Source of the DNA: an uncultured bacterium
GTDB taxonomy: Bacteria > Krumholzibacteriota > Krumholzibacteriia > LZORAL124-64-63
DNA length: 64,000 nucleotides
Direction: 5' to 3'
Assembly (NCBI GenBank): GCA_963727525.1
Contig: CAVSGO010000005.1
Coordinates: 384,001 to 448,000 of the forward strand
Made by a program: the position numbers and the translations under genes. The notes under the pieces were generated by a model. It searched no databases. It was not told the origin of the DNA and was given only the letters and a program-made list of their open reading frames with translations. Numbering within the stretch: the stretch's first letter is position 1; each line of letters starts with the position of its first letter. Of this stretch, positions 9,890 to 19,804 are shown in pieces.

Positions 9890-9988
9890 GATCGACCGCG
9901 ACGGCATTCACCGACCGCGGTCGCGTGGCGCGAAGCAACCCTTCGTCGCGACCGATGTCGATCAGTGGGGCCATTGCACCGGCGCCCG

Positions 9989-10639
9989 TCAGCGGAAGAA
10001 CGGCGACGCGTCGCCAATGACCCTGCTGAAGTAGCCGGCGAAGTCGCGGCGACCCTCGGCAAAGCAGGCGGGACTGGCGACCAGGATCACGATGTCGGCC
10101 TTGACGCTGCCTCCGCTCATGCGCATGGCGACCAGGTTGCGCCCATGCAGCCAGCCCAGCTCGTAGGTCATGAGGCCGAAGCCGAGCGTTTCGGCCCACA
10201 GGGAGCGGTCGTTGGCGAGGGTCTCGTCGGCCCAGCGCCACTTCTCGAGACCGGGGTCGCCGTACAGCGTGACGAGCTCGTTCCGGTAGGTCTTGGCGTC
10301 GTCGAAGTAGTGCGACAGCTCGTCGTTGGTGTCCGAGAACTGGTAGATGCCCAGGCAGAGCCGGTCCTGGTGGAAGAAATAGCTGACGGTGCAGGGCTGG
10401 CCGCCGACGTCGGTCTGCCAGCAGACGAGCGATCCGTCGGCCTGGAACGGCGTGCCCGGTTCGGCAGCCCGGACCTCGGCAACCGTCATGCCCCAGCGCG
10501 CGTGGCGGAAATCGCAACCCGCGGCGGCCGCAAAGCGGTTGCCGGTGGGGGCGGCCATCGCCGCGGCGGTAAGGACGACGGCCCCCAGCGTGGCGAGCAC
10601 GGCGATCCGGTCGAACCGATGGTGATGGGCTGGACGCAT
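9989..10639 (-). CDS. hypothetical secreted protein
   Basis: Signal peptide, DFRHARWGMTVAEVRAAE motif, RBS ggag. Confidence 0.7.
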   Translation of the reverse strand: MRPAHHHRFDRIAVLATLGAVVLTAAAMAAPTGNRFAAAAGCDFRHARWGMTVAEVRAAEPGTPFQADGSLVCWQTDVGGQPCTVSYFFHQDRLCLGIYQFSDTNDELSHYFDDAKTYRNELVTLYGDPGLEKWRWADETLANDRSLWAETLGFGLMTYELGWLHGRNLVAMRMSGGSVKADIVILVASPACFAEGRRDFAGYFSRVIGDASPFFR

Positions 10640-10689
10640 GTGGCGGCTCTCCCGTGGATCGAGACAGCGTCGCTATGCAGGATTCGCGC

Positions 10690-11052
10690 CTACTCGTAGC
10701 AGACGACGAGCCGCACCTCGCGCGGCGTCGCCTCGGGCGGGGAAGGGAAATTCGTCACGACGCGGCCCGACGCGTCGAGCCGGACGCGGCGATCCTGCCA
10801 CGACGCCTGGGGCCGTCCGTCGGCGTCGCGATACTGCACCGCCAGTTGTAGCCCCGTGTCGGGAGCGCCATCCAGGCGCACGGCGAATTCGTCGTGATCC
10901 GTCGCCAAGGGCATGATCTCGGTGCCCGCGACGATATCCACAACGGCGCGTGTCTCGAGCAGCGCGGCCGCTGCCGGCGAGGCGAGGGCCAGCGCGAGGA
11001 CACAGGTGAGGCTGACGTGGGCGCGGAACAAGAGACACCTCCGGATTCGCAT
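10690..11052 (-). CDS. small secreted protein, possibly a divergent pilin-like subunit
   Basis: Signal peptide ending SPAAA; TRAVVDIVAG resembles SHALVDIVEG of the 11849 protein; ends VVCYE, like VNYE of the 11197 protein. Confidence 0.55.
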   Translation of the reverse strand: MRIRRCLLFRAHVSLTCVLALALASPAAAALLETRAVVDIVAGTEIMPLATDHDEFAVRLDGAPDTGLQLAVQYRDADGRPQASWQDRRVRLDASGRVVTNFPSPPEATPREVRLVVCYE

Positions 11053-11147
11053 TTTGCCATGCTCGACGCCCGCAGCATGCACATTGCACGCCCATGCGAG
11101 CATCTTGCAATGATAACCCCGGGGCGCGCCGGAAGGGGAGAAAATCC

Positions 11148-11163
11148 CGGTACGGGAATTGCC
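11148..11163 (+). promoter_or_regulatory. candidate sigma54 promoter
   Basis: cGGTACgggaaTTGCc (GG-N10-GC), about 35 nt upstream of the ATG at 11197. Confidence 0.55.
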
Positions 11164-11196
11164 TAATTCATCGCCAGAGGAAGGAGAACGCGTTTC

Positions 11197-11694
11197 ATGG
11201 TCCGTCGCTGGACGATAATTGGACCACTGCTGGCGGGATTTCTGACAACCGGCGCAGCCTGCCTGTGTCCAGCTCTGGCCAAGGATGCGCCCCGCGGTCA
11301 CGAGAAGGACGCCATCGGGGTGTCGGTGACGGCCGATCTCGATTTCGGATCGCTCGCCGACTACGACGGCTACGTGGAACTGGGCGCGGCCGACAACGTC
11401 CTTGCCGATCCGCAGAACATCTTCTTCGGCGGAACGCCCTACTCCGCCATCATCTCCATCACGGGCGATCCCGACGCCGCCATCAGCGTCACGATCAATG
11501 GGGGCACGCAGAGCGGCCTCACACTGAGCACATTCCACACGGATCGCGGCACCCCGCCCCTGGTCGCCGTCAGCCTCGGCGCGGCCGGTGCGATCGAATT
11601 ACGGGTGGGCGGTCGCCTGACCGTCGACTCCGCAGCCGCCAGCCCGGGCAACGATCACAGCGTGCCCTACACGATTACCGTCAATTACGAATAG
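11197..11694 (+). CDS. DUF4402-type pilin-like protein
   Basis: Signal peptide, DLDFGSL, LRVGGRLTV, C-terminal YTITVNYE. Confidence 0.75.
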   Translation: MVRRWTIIGPLLAGFLTTGAACLCPALAKDAPRGHEKDAIGVSVTADLDFGSLADYDGYVELGAADNVLADPQNIFFGGTPYSAIISITGDPDAAISVTINGGTQSGLTLSTFHTDRGTPPLVAVSLGAAGAIELRVGGRLTVDSAAASPGNDHSVPYTITVNYE

Positions 11695-11848
11695 TCCCCT
11701 ATACTTTCTCGAAAAATCGCTAAAGGCCCACTTTGCGGGTCCGATACCCCTATCCAGAAAGGGGCTGAGAAACAGTGCAAGCCAGCCCTGGAGTTGACTG
11801 CCTTGAGGAAGTTCGTGGAGCGGAAAGCTCACGTCAAAGGAGTGTTCG

Positions 11849-12355
11849 ATGCTGAACTTCACTCGTTTCTCCGTCCTGACGATCGCGATCGTCTGCATCG
11901 CCAGCACCGCGTCGGCCGTTGATCTCGCCAGCCACGCTCTGGTCGACATCGTCGAGGGTATCGTACTCACGGAAACCGCGGGCATGGACTTCGGTACGCT
12001 GTCGAAGAATGACGGTACCGTGGTGATCGCGCCCGACGGCTCGTACACCGACGCTGCCAGCCTCATGTTCGACCCCACCGGCGTGGCCGCCGGCGGCTTC
12101 ACGGTTCAGTCGGTGGCCGGCGCCGATGTCACCGTGAGCGTCGTCGCGGGTGCGATGCCGGCTGGCCTGGATCTCAATACGTTCACCGTGGACGTCGCTG
12201 GCGGCACCACGACGGGCGCGAGCCCGCAGAACCACACGATGTCGGCTGACACCGACGTGCTGCTCGTGGGTGCTTCGCTGGACGTGACGGGCGCCACCGC
12301 GACCGTGGGCGACGACACGTCGCTGCCGTTCACCGTGACCGTCGTCTTCCAGTAG
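11849..12355 (+). CDS. DUF4402-type pilin-like protein (probable major subunit)
   Basis: Signal peptide, GMDFGTL, LLVGASLDV, C-terminal FTVTVVFQ; strong RBS; followed by a hairpin. Confidence 0.78.
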   Translation: MLNFTRFSVLTIAIVCIASTASAVDLASHALVDIVEGIVLTETAGMDFGTLSKNDGTVVIAPDGSYTDAASLMFDPTGVAAGGFTVQSVAGADVTVSVVAGAMPAGLDLNTFTVDVAGGTTTGASPQNHTMSADTDVLLVGASLDVTGATATVGDDTSLPFTVTVVFQ

Positions 12356-12377
12356 ACCACGGCCTGGTGCAGGAATC

Positions 12378-12408
12378 CAGGGCCGGCGGCGACGAGCTGC
12401 CGGCCCTG
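12378..12408 (+). terminator. GC-rich hairpin after the pilin gene
   Basis: cagggccggcggc-gacga-gctgccggccctg. Confidence 0.6.
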
Positions 12409-12438
12409 CTTGTCGAGACCCTCCCTACCTGACCCCCT

Positions 12439-12453
12439 TGGCATACCCATTGC
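12439..12453 (+). promoter_or_regulatory. candidate sigma54 promoter
   Basis: TGGCATacccaTTGC, near-consensus, upstream of the chaperone gene. Confidence 0.65.
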
Positions 12454-12534
12454 CTGAGCCTCGCTGGGCGCTGTTGCGGCAGCGCTGCTATTTCATTGTA
12501 AGGCAACGTGTTAATTGCAATGGGAGGATCGTGT

Positions 12535-13422
12535 ATGCCCGCATCCGCCATGCGACGCGGACTGGTCTTGGCCATGCTTGTCGGTCTGATAGCCCAGATT
12601 CCAGGCACCGGCCTGGCGCAGGGCGTTTCGGTGGCGCCGACGCGCATCGTGCTGGACGGCCCCACTCGCGCTGCCACCGTCTACCTGTCGAACCGGAGCG
12701 ATCGAACGGAGACCTACCGTATCGATCTCGTGCGGTACACCATGCGCGACGATGGCGCCATCGTGCCGGCCGATTCCCTCGGTCAAGAAGACGAACTGTT
12801 CGCCGACGAGCTGATCCGTTTCTCGCCGCACCGCGTGGTATTACCGCCCGGTGGCTCGCAGACGGTCCGTTTGCTCGTCCATCGCCCTGCCGGTGGTGGC
12901 CCCCTGAACGCGGAGTACCGCACCCACCTCTCGGTTCGCTCCGTGCCGGGGGTGCCGACGCTTGCGGAAGTGGAGAGACCCACCGAGTTGCCACCCGAGT
13001 ATCGCGACAAGGTGCTGGTACGGCCGGTGGCGTCGATCGAGACGCTGGTGCCGATCATCGTCCGCTTCGGTCGCCTCGAGGCGACGGTAAAGATCAGCGA
13101 GCCGCACCTGTTCCGACGAGGGCCGGGCACCGAGCCTCGCCTCGACCTCGTGCTCGAACGCACTGGTAACCGCTCGCTCTACGGCGAGTTGACCATCACC
13201 TACGTCGACCCGCGCGGCAAGGAAGCTCGGGTGAGCTACGTGAAAGGGCTGGCCGTCTATCTGCCCAACACGCGGCGTGAGATCAGACAGAACCTGGACC
13301 TCGAACCGGGCGTGCGCTTGAACGCCGGGCATCTGCGGGTGGAATTCACCGAACTCGAGGTCGGCGGCGGCAACGAGTCGGCGACCCTCGAGATTCCGCT
13401 CGGCGGAGCGACGGCGAACTGA
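12535..13422 (+). CDS. fimbrial/pilus assembly chaperone (PapD-like)
   Basis: GVSVAPTRIVLDG, IRFSPHRVVLPPGGSQTVRL, EYRTHL, VPIIVR, LERTGNRSLYG. Confidence 0.85.
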   Translation: MPASAMRRGLVLAMLVGLIAQIPGTGLAQGVSVAPTRIVLDGPTRAATVYLSNRSDRTETYRIDLVRYTMRDDGAIVPADSLGQEDELFADELIRFSPHRVVLPPGGSQTVRLLVHRPAGGGPLNAEYRTHLSVRSVPGVPTLAEVERPTELPPEYRDKVLVRPVASIETLVPIIVRFGRLEATVKISEPHLFRRGPGTEPRLDLVLERTGNRSLYGELTITYVDPRGKEARVSYVKGLAVYLPNTRREIRQNLDLEPGVRLNAGHLRVEFTELEVGGGNESATLEIPLGGATAN

Positions 13423-13424
13423 CG

Positions 13425-16400
13425 ATGCGCGCGAGGTCCTGCATCCTGACCTCGCTCCTCCTCCTGGCAAGTCTCGGCTTGCCGGCCGGACCAGTGTATG
13501 CCGAGCCCGACAAACCCAGCGAACTCATCCTCGAGATCACGGTCGATCGGTTCACCGCGAGCCAGGGCATCGTCGCTTACCTGGTGGACAACCGCGTCAT
13601 GCTGCCGCTCGGCGAGCTGTCGGCCGCGCTGGGTCTGGCCATCAGTGTCGACCCTTACGGCCACCGCGCCCGCGGCTGGATCATCACGGAGAACCGCACC
13701 TTCGATCTCGAGCTGGATCAGGGACGGATCACCCTGGACGGACGACAGGACGGCGTGCCGGCCGACGCGGCCTTTGCCGACGACGCCGACATCTACGTGG
13801 CGACCAACGTGCTCTCGCAATGGCTCCCGGCGGACTTCGTCATCGACATGCGCAGCATGCGCGTGGACGTGCGGCCGCGCGAAACCCTGCCCCTCATGGC
13901 GCGGCTCAAGCGTGACAAGATCCGCGCCCAGATGCTCGCGCGTCGACCGGGCGCGATCCTCTTCCCCGAGCGTCGCGGCGAGTATCGCGCGGTGGCCTGG
14001 CCCATCCTCGACGGCGAGTTCGGCTACCATCGCGATCCCTCGGGCGACCTGTACCGCGGTTCGATTCTCGCGCGGGGCGACCTCGCCCGCCTCAGCGCCA
14101 ACGGCTTCATTGCCGCCCGCGGCGGCATCGACCACGACGTCCAGGGCTGGTTCCGCGCCGGCCGCACCGATCCCGACGGCGACCTGATCGGTCCGTTGCA
14201 CGCCACGCGCTACGACGTGGGCGACATCTTCGCCGCCGGCATGCCCTTCGTGACCAAGGGCAAGCGGGGCCGAGGATTCATGGTCTCGAATCGTCGCCTG
14301 GGCTCGAGTCAGTCCTTCGACTCCACCGACATCTTCGGCAACGCGCCGCCGGGCTGGGAGATCGAGCTCTACGTCAACGGCAACCTCTTCGACTTCGCCA
14401 CCACCGATGCCACCGGCCAGTTCGAGTTCCGCGAGGTGCCGATCTATTGCGGGACCAACGTCCTGCGCACCGTGTACTACGGTCCCCAGGGTCAGAGCCG
14501 GGAAGACGTGCGCTCGGTCTACGTGGGACCCGGCATGTCACGCAGAGGCCAGCTCTTCTTCGAGGCATACAGTCTGCAGGACGAGCGGTCGATCTTCGGC
14601 GGCAATCTCTGGAGCCATGCCACCGCTGACCATGGGATCTGGAACCATCATGTCGAGGTCGGCTACGGACTGACGTCGAGCCTGTCGGCCAATGCCTCGG
14701 TGAGTCGCGTCTCCAACAAGGGCGAGCCGCAAGACCTCGCGAACCTGACGGTGTACAAGAGCGTCGGTCCGATCGTGTTGCAATCGATCTATGCCCGCGA
14801 CCTGGCGGCCGGCAGCGCCCTGCGACTGGCTGGACAGGGCCGGGTCTTCCACCACAGCCTGTATCTCGAGCAAGACTTCTTCGACAATTTCGAGACCGAG
14901 GCCTACGACACCTACGACGGCTCGAAGAGCGAGACGAACGCGCGTGTGAGCGCCAACGTGGGCGTCATGGGGCTCCCTCTCTCGTACCAGTTTCGCTACC
15001 GCAACCGGACCTTCGACAGCGGTACGATCGACCGGGCGGTCCAGTACCAGGGGCGGCTGTCGACCAACATGCACGGCCTGATGTTCGGGCACGAGATCGA
15101 GCTTCGGCGCAACCTGGCCAGTCAGGGCGCCACCGACTACGGCACCGGCACGCAGCTCGTCAGCGGCTACTGGGGGCGGTGGCGCGTCAACGGCGATCTC
15201 GGTTACGGCTTCGCGTCGCATGCAGGACTCCAGTCGGCCGGCGCCATGCTCCAGTGGCGACCGAACGAGCGGCTCAACGCGCACGTCAGCGCGCGGCGCT
15301 ATTTCGAGGACAGGCCCTACGGCACCATCGATACGGACGTGACGTGGACTCTCGACCAGTTGCTCGCGGGCATCTCCGTCGGCTTCAACACGCGGGGCAC
15401 CTGGCAGATCGGCCTGAGCGTCGCGGTCTCGCTCACGCGCGCCCCGCGCACCGGCAAGTGGATCGTCAGTGGCACCAGAAGCTCGAACTACGGCGCGGCG
15501 ATGGCGCGCACCTTCATCGACGCGGACGGCGACGGCCGCTATTCCGCGGCCGACCAACCGCTACCCGGCGTCGCCTTCCGACGCAACCGCCGCTGGCAAG
15601 GCGTGGCCACCAGCGACGAGGGTCTTGCCTTCCTCGCCGGCCTCAGTCCCGATCGCTTCCAGAACATCGAGCTCGATCTCGATTCGGTGGCAGACCCATT
15701 CCTCATTCCGGACTACAAGGGCCTCACGACGCTGGCTCATAGCGGCGGCGTGGTCGACCTCGACTTCCCGTTCTTCTACGCCGGCGAGATCGAGGGTCTG
15801 GTGGTGCGCGACGAGGCGATGCAGCACCCCATGCGCAACATCGGCCTCGAGTTACTCGACTCCACCGGCCAGCGCGTCGCCACGGCGGTGAGCGAGTTCG
15901 ACGGCTACTACCTGCTGCAGCGGGTGCGACCCGGTAGCTACACGCTGGGCATCGTCGAGGCCACCGTGCCCGGCGACGACTACATCATCCCCCCGCCACA
16001 GAAGGTAGGCGTGCCGTTGCTCGGCGACTTCGTCCAGGGCCCCACCTTCATCCTCAAGCGTATCGGCAAGGAGACCGAGGTCGTGGCGGCGCCTGTGGAC
16101 ACGGCGAAGGCGAAGGAGACCGTGGTGGCGACGGTGACACCGGCGAAACTCACGCCGCAAGATACCCGGCCACCGGCAACACCGAAGCCCAGCATCGCGG
16201 AGCCCGAGCATACCCCGGCGCCGGTCGTCACCACGCCGCCCGACACCACGGTTACCACGCCGCCGGCGACGCTCACGCCGAAGCCGGCTCCCATCACGCC
16301 GCCGCCCACCCGGACGACGACGCCGGAACTCGCCGAGCCGGCCTTCCGCGCGAACGTCGAGCCCGACTACAATCGCACCATGCACCTGATCTACGAGATC

Positions 16401-16436
16401 CTGTTCGCCGGCGAGCTGTTCCCCGACGAGGACTAG
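13425..16436 (+). CDS. usher-like outer-membrane protein with Pro/Thr-rich C-terminal tail
   Basis: Signal peptide; GWEIELYVNG, GQFEFREVP..GTN..YGPQGQ; beta-strand-rich centre; FIDADGDG; SEFDGYYLLQRVRPGSY; P/T-rich linker near 16080-16340. Confidence 0.75.
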   Translation: MRARSCILTSLLLLASLGLPAGPVYAEPDKPSELILEITVDRFTASQGIVAYLVDNRVMLPLGELSAALGLAISVDPYGHRARGWIITENRTFDLELDQGRITLDGRQDGVPADAAFADDADIYVATNVLSQWLPADFVIDMRSMRVDVRPRETLPLMARLKRDKIRAQMLARRPGAILFPERRGEYRAVAWPILDGEFGYHRDPSGDLYRGSILARGDLARLSANGFIAARGGIDHDVQGWFRAGRTDPDGDLIGPLHATRYDVGDIFAAGMPFVTKGKRGRGFMVSNRRLGSSQSFDSTDIFGNAPPGWEIELYVNGNLFDFATTDATGQFEFREVPIYCGTNVLRTVYYGPQGQSREDVRSVYVGPGMSRRGQLFFEAYSLQDERSIFGGNLWSHATADHGIWNHHVEVGYGLTSSLSANASVSRVSNKGEPQDLANLTVYKSVGPIVLQSIYARDLAAGSALRLAGQGRVFHHSLYLEQDFFDNFETEAYDTYDGSKSETNARVSANVGVMGLPLSYQFRYRNRTFDSGTIDRAVQYQGRLSTNMHGLMFGHEIELRRNLASQGATDYGTGTQLVSGYWGRWRVNGDLGYGFASHAGLQSAGAMLQWRPNERLNAHVSARRYFEDRPYGTIDTDVTWTLDQLLAGISVGFNTRGTWQIGLSVAVSLTRAPRTGKWIVSGTRSSNYGAAMARTFIDADGDGRYSAADQPLPGVAFRRNRRWQGVATSDEGLAFLAGLSPDRFQNIELDLDSVADPFLIPDYKGLTTLAHSGGVVDLDFPFFYAGEIEGLVVRDEAMQHPMRNIGLELLDSTGQRVATAVSEFDGYYLLQRVRPGSYTLGIVEATVPGDDYIIPPPQKVGVPLLGDFVQGPTFILKRIGKETEVVAAPVDTAKAKETVVATVTPAKLTPQDTRPPATPKPSIAEPEHTPAPVVTTPPDTTVTTPPATLTPKPAPITPPPTRTTTPELAEPAFRANVEPDYNRTMHLIYEILFAGELFPDED

Positions 16437-18508
16437 CGGCCGACCCAGAGGAGGTGCGCGTCGCCGGCGGCATCGGCTGCGGCCGGTACGGCGTGGACGA
16501 CGTACTGGCGTCGCTCGAGCACGCGGGCGAAGGCCGCAAGCCGGGTATCGGCGCCGGGTGGCGCGATGATCGTGAGCGAGGGCGACGTCGCCGTCGCCGG
16601 CGCGATGCGGTCGGCCAGCCCCGCGATGTCTGCGCCGGGCCAGGGATCCAGCGGGCCATCCGGCAGCAGACGCACCGCGTCGGCAAGCACCGGCCGCGAG
16701 AGCATGGCGCGCAGCACCGGGGCGCCAGCCTGGCGCCAGGCGCACACCGTCACCTCCGGCGCCCGGCAGAGCTGCGCCAGCCACGCCGTGGCCGCGGCCA
16801 CGACCTGCCGAGCATATTGCGGATCGGCCGGTTGCGGCAGGTTGCCCACCACCAGGACGACGGGCTCGTCACCGCCGGCGAAGGCCCACGGCGTCGGCCG
16901 CTGGGGCGGCGCGTCGACGGCGGCGTCGGACCGCGCGGTCGGGTCGTCGGTCAGCCCCACGCGGGTGGCCACCGTGGCGTCGGTGGGAGCGAACAGCACG
17001 AGGCCGTGGGCCGCCGCGCCCGGCCGGTAGTTCGGCGGCACGTGCAGCACCGCGGCGTGGAACGTGTCGCCGCCCACGGGGAAGGCCACATCGAGACGCG
17101 TGCCGGACACCAGCACGGACCCGCTACGCTCCGCTCGCGCCAGCAACGAGTCGGCGATCGCCATCGGACGGGCGATCACTCGGGGGTCCTCCCGAGGGTC
17201 AAGCCGCGGCAGCGACCGCAACACGAAGAAGAGCCAGCGATCGACGATACTCTGTTCCGCTGGCGGCACGTGCGCGAGCCGCACCCGCGTGCGCACGAAC
17301 CAGTCGGGCTCCAGGCGCACGCCGGTGGTCGTCCAGGTCGCGGTCTGGCCGCTGGCGTCGCACAGTTCGACGCCGAGTCGGTAGCACGACGACGATAGGT
17401 CGCCCAGGGCAATCGACGTATCGAGGAAACTCAGGTCGGGTTCGAGCACCACCTCGCGCGTGTCCACGATGCCGTCGGCGCCAGCGGCGGGCGCCCAGCC
17501 CGCGGTCGCCCGCAGCGTCAGGCGCGCGGTGCCCTCCGCGAGCCCCTGCTCGGCCAGGTCCACCCGAAGGGTGTCGCCCACGAGAACCGTCGTGTTCAGG
17601 CGACCGCGCAGCGCCGGTGCGGCATCGAAGGCCGGCATCAGCGTGAGGAGCGCGAAACGCCGCCAGGGTACGTGCCACGAGCCCACGTACGGGTCGGGCA
17701 CCAGCGCCGCCCCATCGACGACGAGATTGAGGCCCACCTCCGCGTCGAGCGGTGGGCCGAGCGGATCGAGGTCGCCCCAGGGGATCGCCAGCCGCCAGCC
17801 GTGCGCGTCATCCTGGATCGCCCGCACCGGCCCCGGATCGGCGCGGCCATTGCGACGGGTCCGCCGCAGGGTCCCGCCCCCCGCCATCTCGAAAGTCCTG
17901 GTGCGATCGGACTCGACAGCATCGGGATCGGTAGGTACGGCCACGACGACGCGCCCCTCGCTGAGCGCGCCCGCCGGGCGCCGCACCTCGACGCGGAGCA
18001 ACGCATTCGTGAAGCAGAACCGCGCCTCGGTGAGCGAGGGCGCCTCGCTGCAGGTTCCGTCCAGGGCGACCAGCGCTATCCAGTCGCTCCACTGACCCTC
18101 GTCCAGCACGCGCGAAGCGCGGTCGCGCCTGGCCAGCAGCGTGTCGCGGTGGGCGCTCAGCAGTGCGCTGAAGCGCGGGTCGCCGGCGAGCGAAGCGAGG
18201 TCGGGATCGCGCCGGACAGCCTTGAGGTCGCGGTAGCCCAGCGCGAGCGCCCGCGCCAGGTCCGTCAACGCCGCGTCCGATTGTTGCAGGCGGTTCTCCA
18301 CGCACGCCAGGTTGTACTGCATGGTGGCATCGCAGGGATGGTCGACGAGGTAGGCGCGCAGCCCGACCACCGCGGCCGCCAGATCCCCCCCACTCAGCTG
18401 GGCCGCGAGTTCCCGCAGGGCGGGCAGCCGTATGGCCTCGTAACCGGTCTGGGCCCTACCGCCGGCCGCCATCAACGCCAGCACGATCACCAAGAACAAA
18501 CGTCGCAT
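16433..18508 (-). CDS. secreted TPR-containing protein
   Basis: Signal peptide MRRLFLVIVLALMAAGG; YNLACVE..ALTDLARALALGYRD..RRDPDLASL..DPRF TPR-end motif. Confidence 0.75.
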   Translation of the reverse strand: MRRLFLVIVLALMAAGGRAQTGYEAIRLPALRELAAQLSGGDLAAAVVGLRAYLVDHPCDATMQYNLACVENRLQQSDAALTDLARALALGYRDLKAVRRDPDLASLAGDPRFSALLSAHRDTLLARRDRASRVLDEGQWSDWIALVALDGTCSEAPSLTEARFCFTNALLRVEVRRPAGALSEGRVVVAVPTDPDAVESDRTRTFEMAGGGTLRRTRRNGRADPGPVRAIQDDAHGWRLAIPWGDLDPLGPPLDAEVGLNLVVDGAALVPDPYVGSWHVPWRRFALLTLMPAFDAAPALRGRLNTTVLVGDTLRVDLAEQGLAEGTARLTLRATAGWAPAAGADGIVDTREVVLEPDLSFLDTSIALGDLSSSCYRLGVELCDASGQTATWTTTGVRLEPDWFVRTRVRLAHVPPAEQSIVDRWLFFVLRSLPRLDPREDPRVIARPMAIADSLLARAERSGSVLVSGTRLDVAFPVGGDTFHAAVLHVPPNYRPGAAAHGLVLFAPTDATVATRVGLTDDPTARSDAAVDAPPQRPTPWAFAGGDEPVVLVVGNLPQPADPQYARQVVAAATAWLAQLCRAPEVTVCAWRQAGAPVLRAMLSRPVLADAVRLLPDGPLDPWPGADIAGLADRIAPATATSPSLTIIAPPGADTRLAAFARVLERRQYVVHAVPAAADAAGDAHLLWVGR

Positions 18509-18749
18509 GGTCCCTCCCTGGAGCGATGCCGGCATCGTCGCAGAATCGCGGGCGTCCGGCCAGAGGAATCCGCGGCCGGTGGGTGGAAGGCGAGGTGCGT
18601 TCGCCCCGCTGATCAGCCCAGGGGCACCTGATGCATGGTCGACCATATGCGCGCGGCGAGCGGGGCGGTCCTATCGGCGTGACGGCATCCCGCCCAAGTG
18701 GATGGACGAAGTTGCAACGAAGCGACGATTCAAATCTCCAGTTTGCGGA

Positions 18750-18860
18750 TCGGCCTGCATCCCCTTCTTCCACCGCGAGATCAAGTTGCCGTGGATGCCG
18801 TGCATCTTGGCCAGTGCGGCCGGCGTGCAGGCGCCGCCAAGAGCCATCATTCACAATGAT
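18750..18860 (-). pseudogene. IS3-family OrfA (HTH) transposase remnant
   Basis: Minus strand reads MALGGACTPAALAKMHGIHGNLISRWKK. Confidence 0.5.
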
Positions 18861-18935
18861 TGGCCGGGCTTCATTCTGATGGAGCCGCCGAGGGCCCGTC
18901 TCGGCTTATTCCTTATCCCACATACACTTATGGGG

Positions 18936-18951
18936 TGGCATGGTTCTCGCC
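18936..18951 (+). promoter_or_regulatory. candidate sigma54 promoter
   Basis: TGGCATggttcTCGC (GG-N10-GC). Confidence 0.35.
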
Positions 18952-19110
18952 TCATGTGGCCACCGGCCGGGAAGCGACCATTCATCAACAATCAGGGATG
19001 GCGCTTGGTTCGCCGCGGTGTGTGGCGAAGATCCCCGGGGCCATCGAATACGCGCTCGTGGACATCGGATTGGGCTCCCTTTCGACCCAAGATACCCGGA
19101 AGGGTGAACC

Positions 19111-19362
19111 ATGAAGTTACATCGACCACTCATTGCGACGATCGCGTGCGTGGTCGTCCTGGCCGCCGTTCGGGCCACTGGTCAGCAGGTCAGCATCGCG
19201 GCGAAGATCGCTTCCGGGGAATGGGACAGAGCCAAGGGAACGATGCACGACGCCGATCGCGAACTGAAGCGTGCCGAGCCCGTCCGCAGCTACCGACCGC
19301 GAACATGGCCGGGGACGAGGCACGCCTATCGACGAGTTGAACGCCTTGTACGCGTTCCATAA
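19111..19362 (+). CDS. hypothetical small protein with N-terminal hydrophobic segment
   Basis: ORF with signal-like N-terminus; no family recognised. Confidence 0.35.
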   Translation: MKLHRPLIATIACVVVLAAVRATGQQVSIAAKIASGEWDRAKGTMHDADRELKRAEPVRSYRPRTWPGTRHAYRRVERLVRVP

Positions 19363-19438
19363 CGCGCGCTGGGTCGGGGCGACGGCATACACAGGCGCCG
19401 CCCCACGAGCTACCTGGCGCTCCATCGGGAGGTTTCTC

Positions 19439-19588
19439 ATGTTGTGGACGATTGCCGTCATACTCTTCATCCTCTGGCTGTTGGGCCTGGTCACGTCCTT
19501 CACGGTCCACGGGTTCATCCATGTGCTCCTCGTCATCGCCATCGTTGTTGTGCTGCTCCGTATTATTCAGGGGCGCAGGGCGATCTAG
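19439..19588 (+). CDS. lmo0937-family small membrane protein (copy 2)
   Basis: MLWTIAVILFILWLLGLVTSFTVHGFIHVLLVIAIVVVLLRIIQGRRAI; RBS ggagg. Confidence 0.88.
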   Translation: MLWTIAVILFILWLLGLVTSFTVHGFIHVLLVIAIVVVLLRIIQGRRAI

Positions 19589-19804
19589 AGCACACGGCGA
19601 CAAGAGGTGTGTGGATATTCCGGATACACATTGTTGGTTCTCCAGCGGCCCGGCCCCAGGACGGCTGTGGGAATTGCCAATGACCATATCGCGAGAGCTA
19701 AGGTGTTCTCGCCTCATGAGCGATCGACAGGGATCTAATCCTGAGGGGAGCAATTCATGGAAGCCCATAGACATTGGGAACGAGATGGCGACGAAGAGGT
19801 GGCG

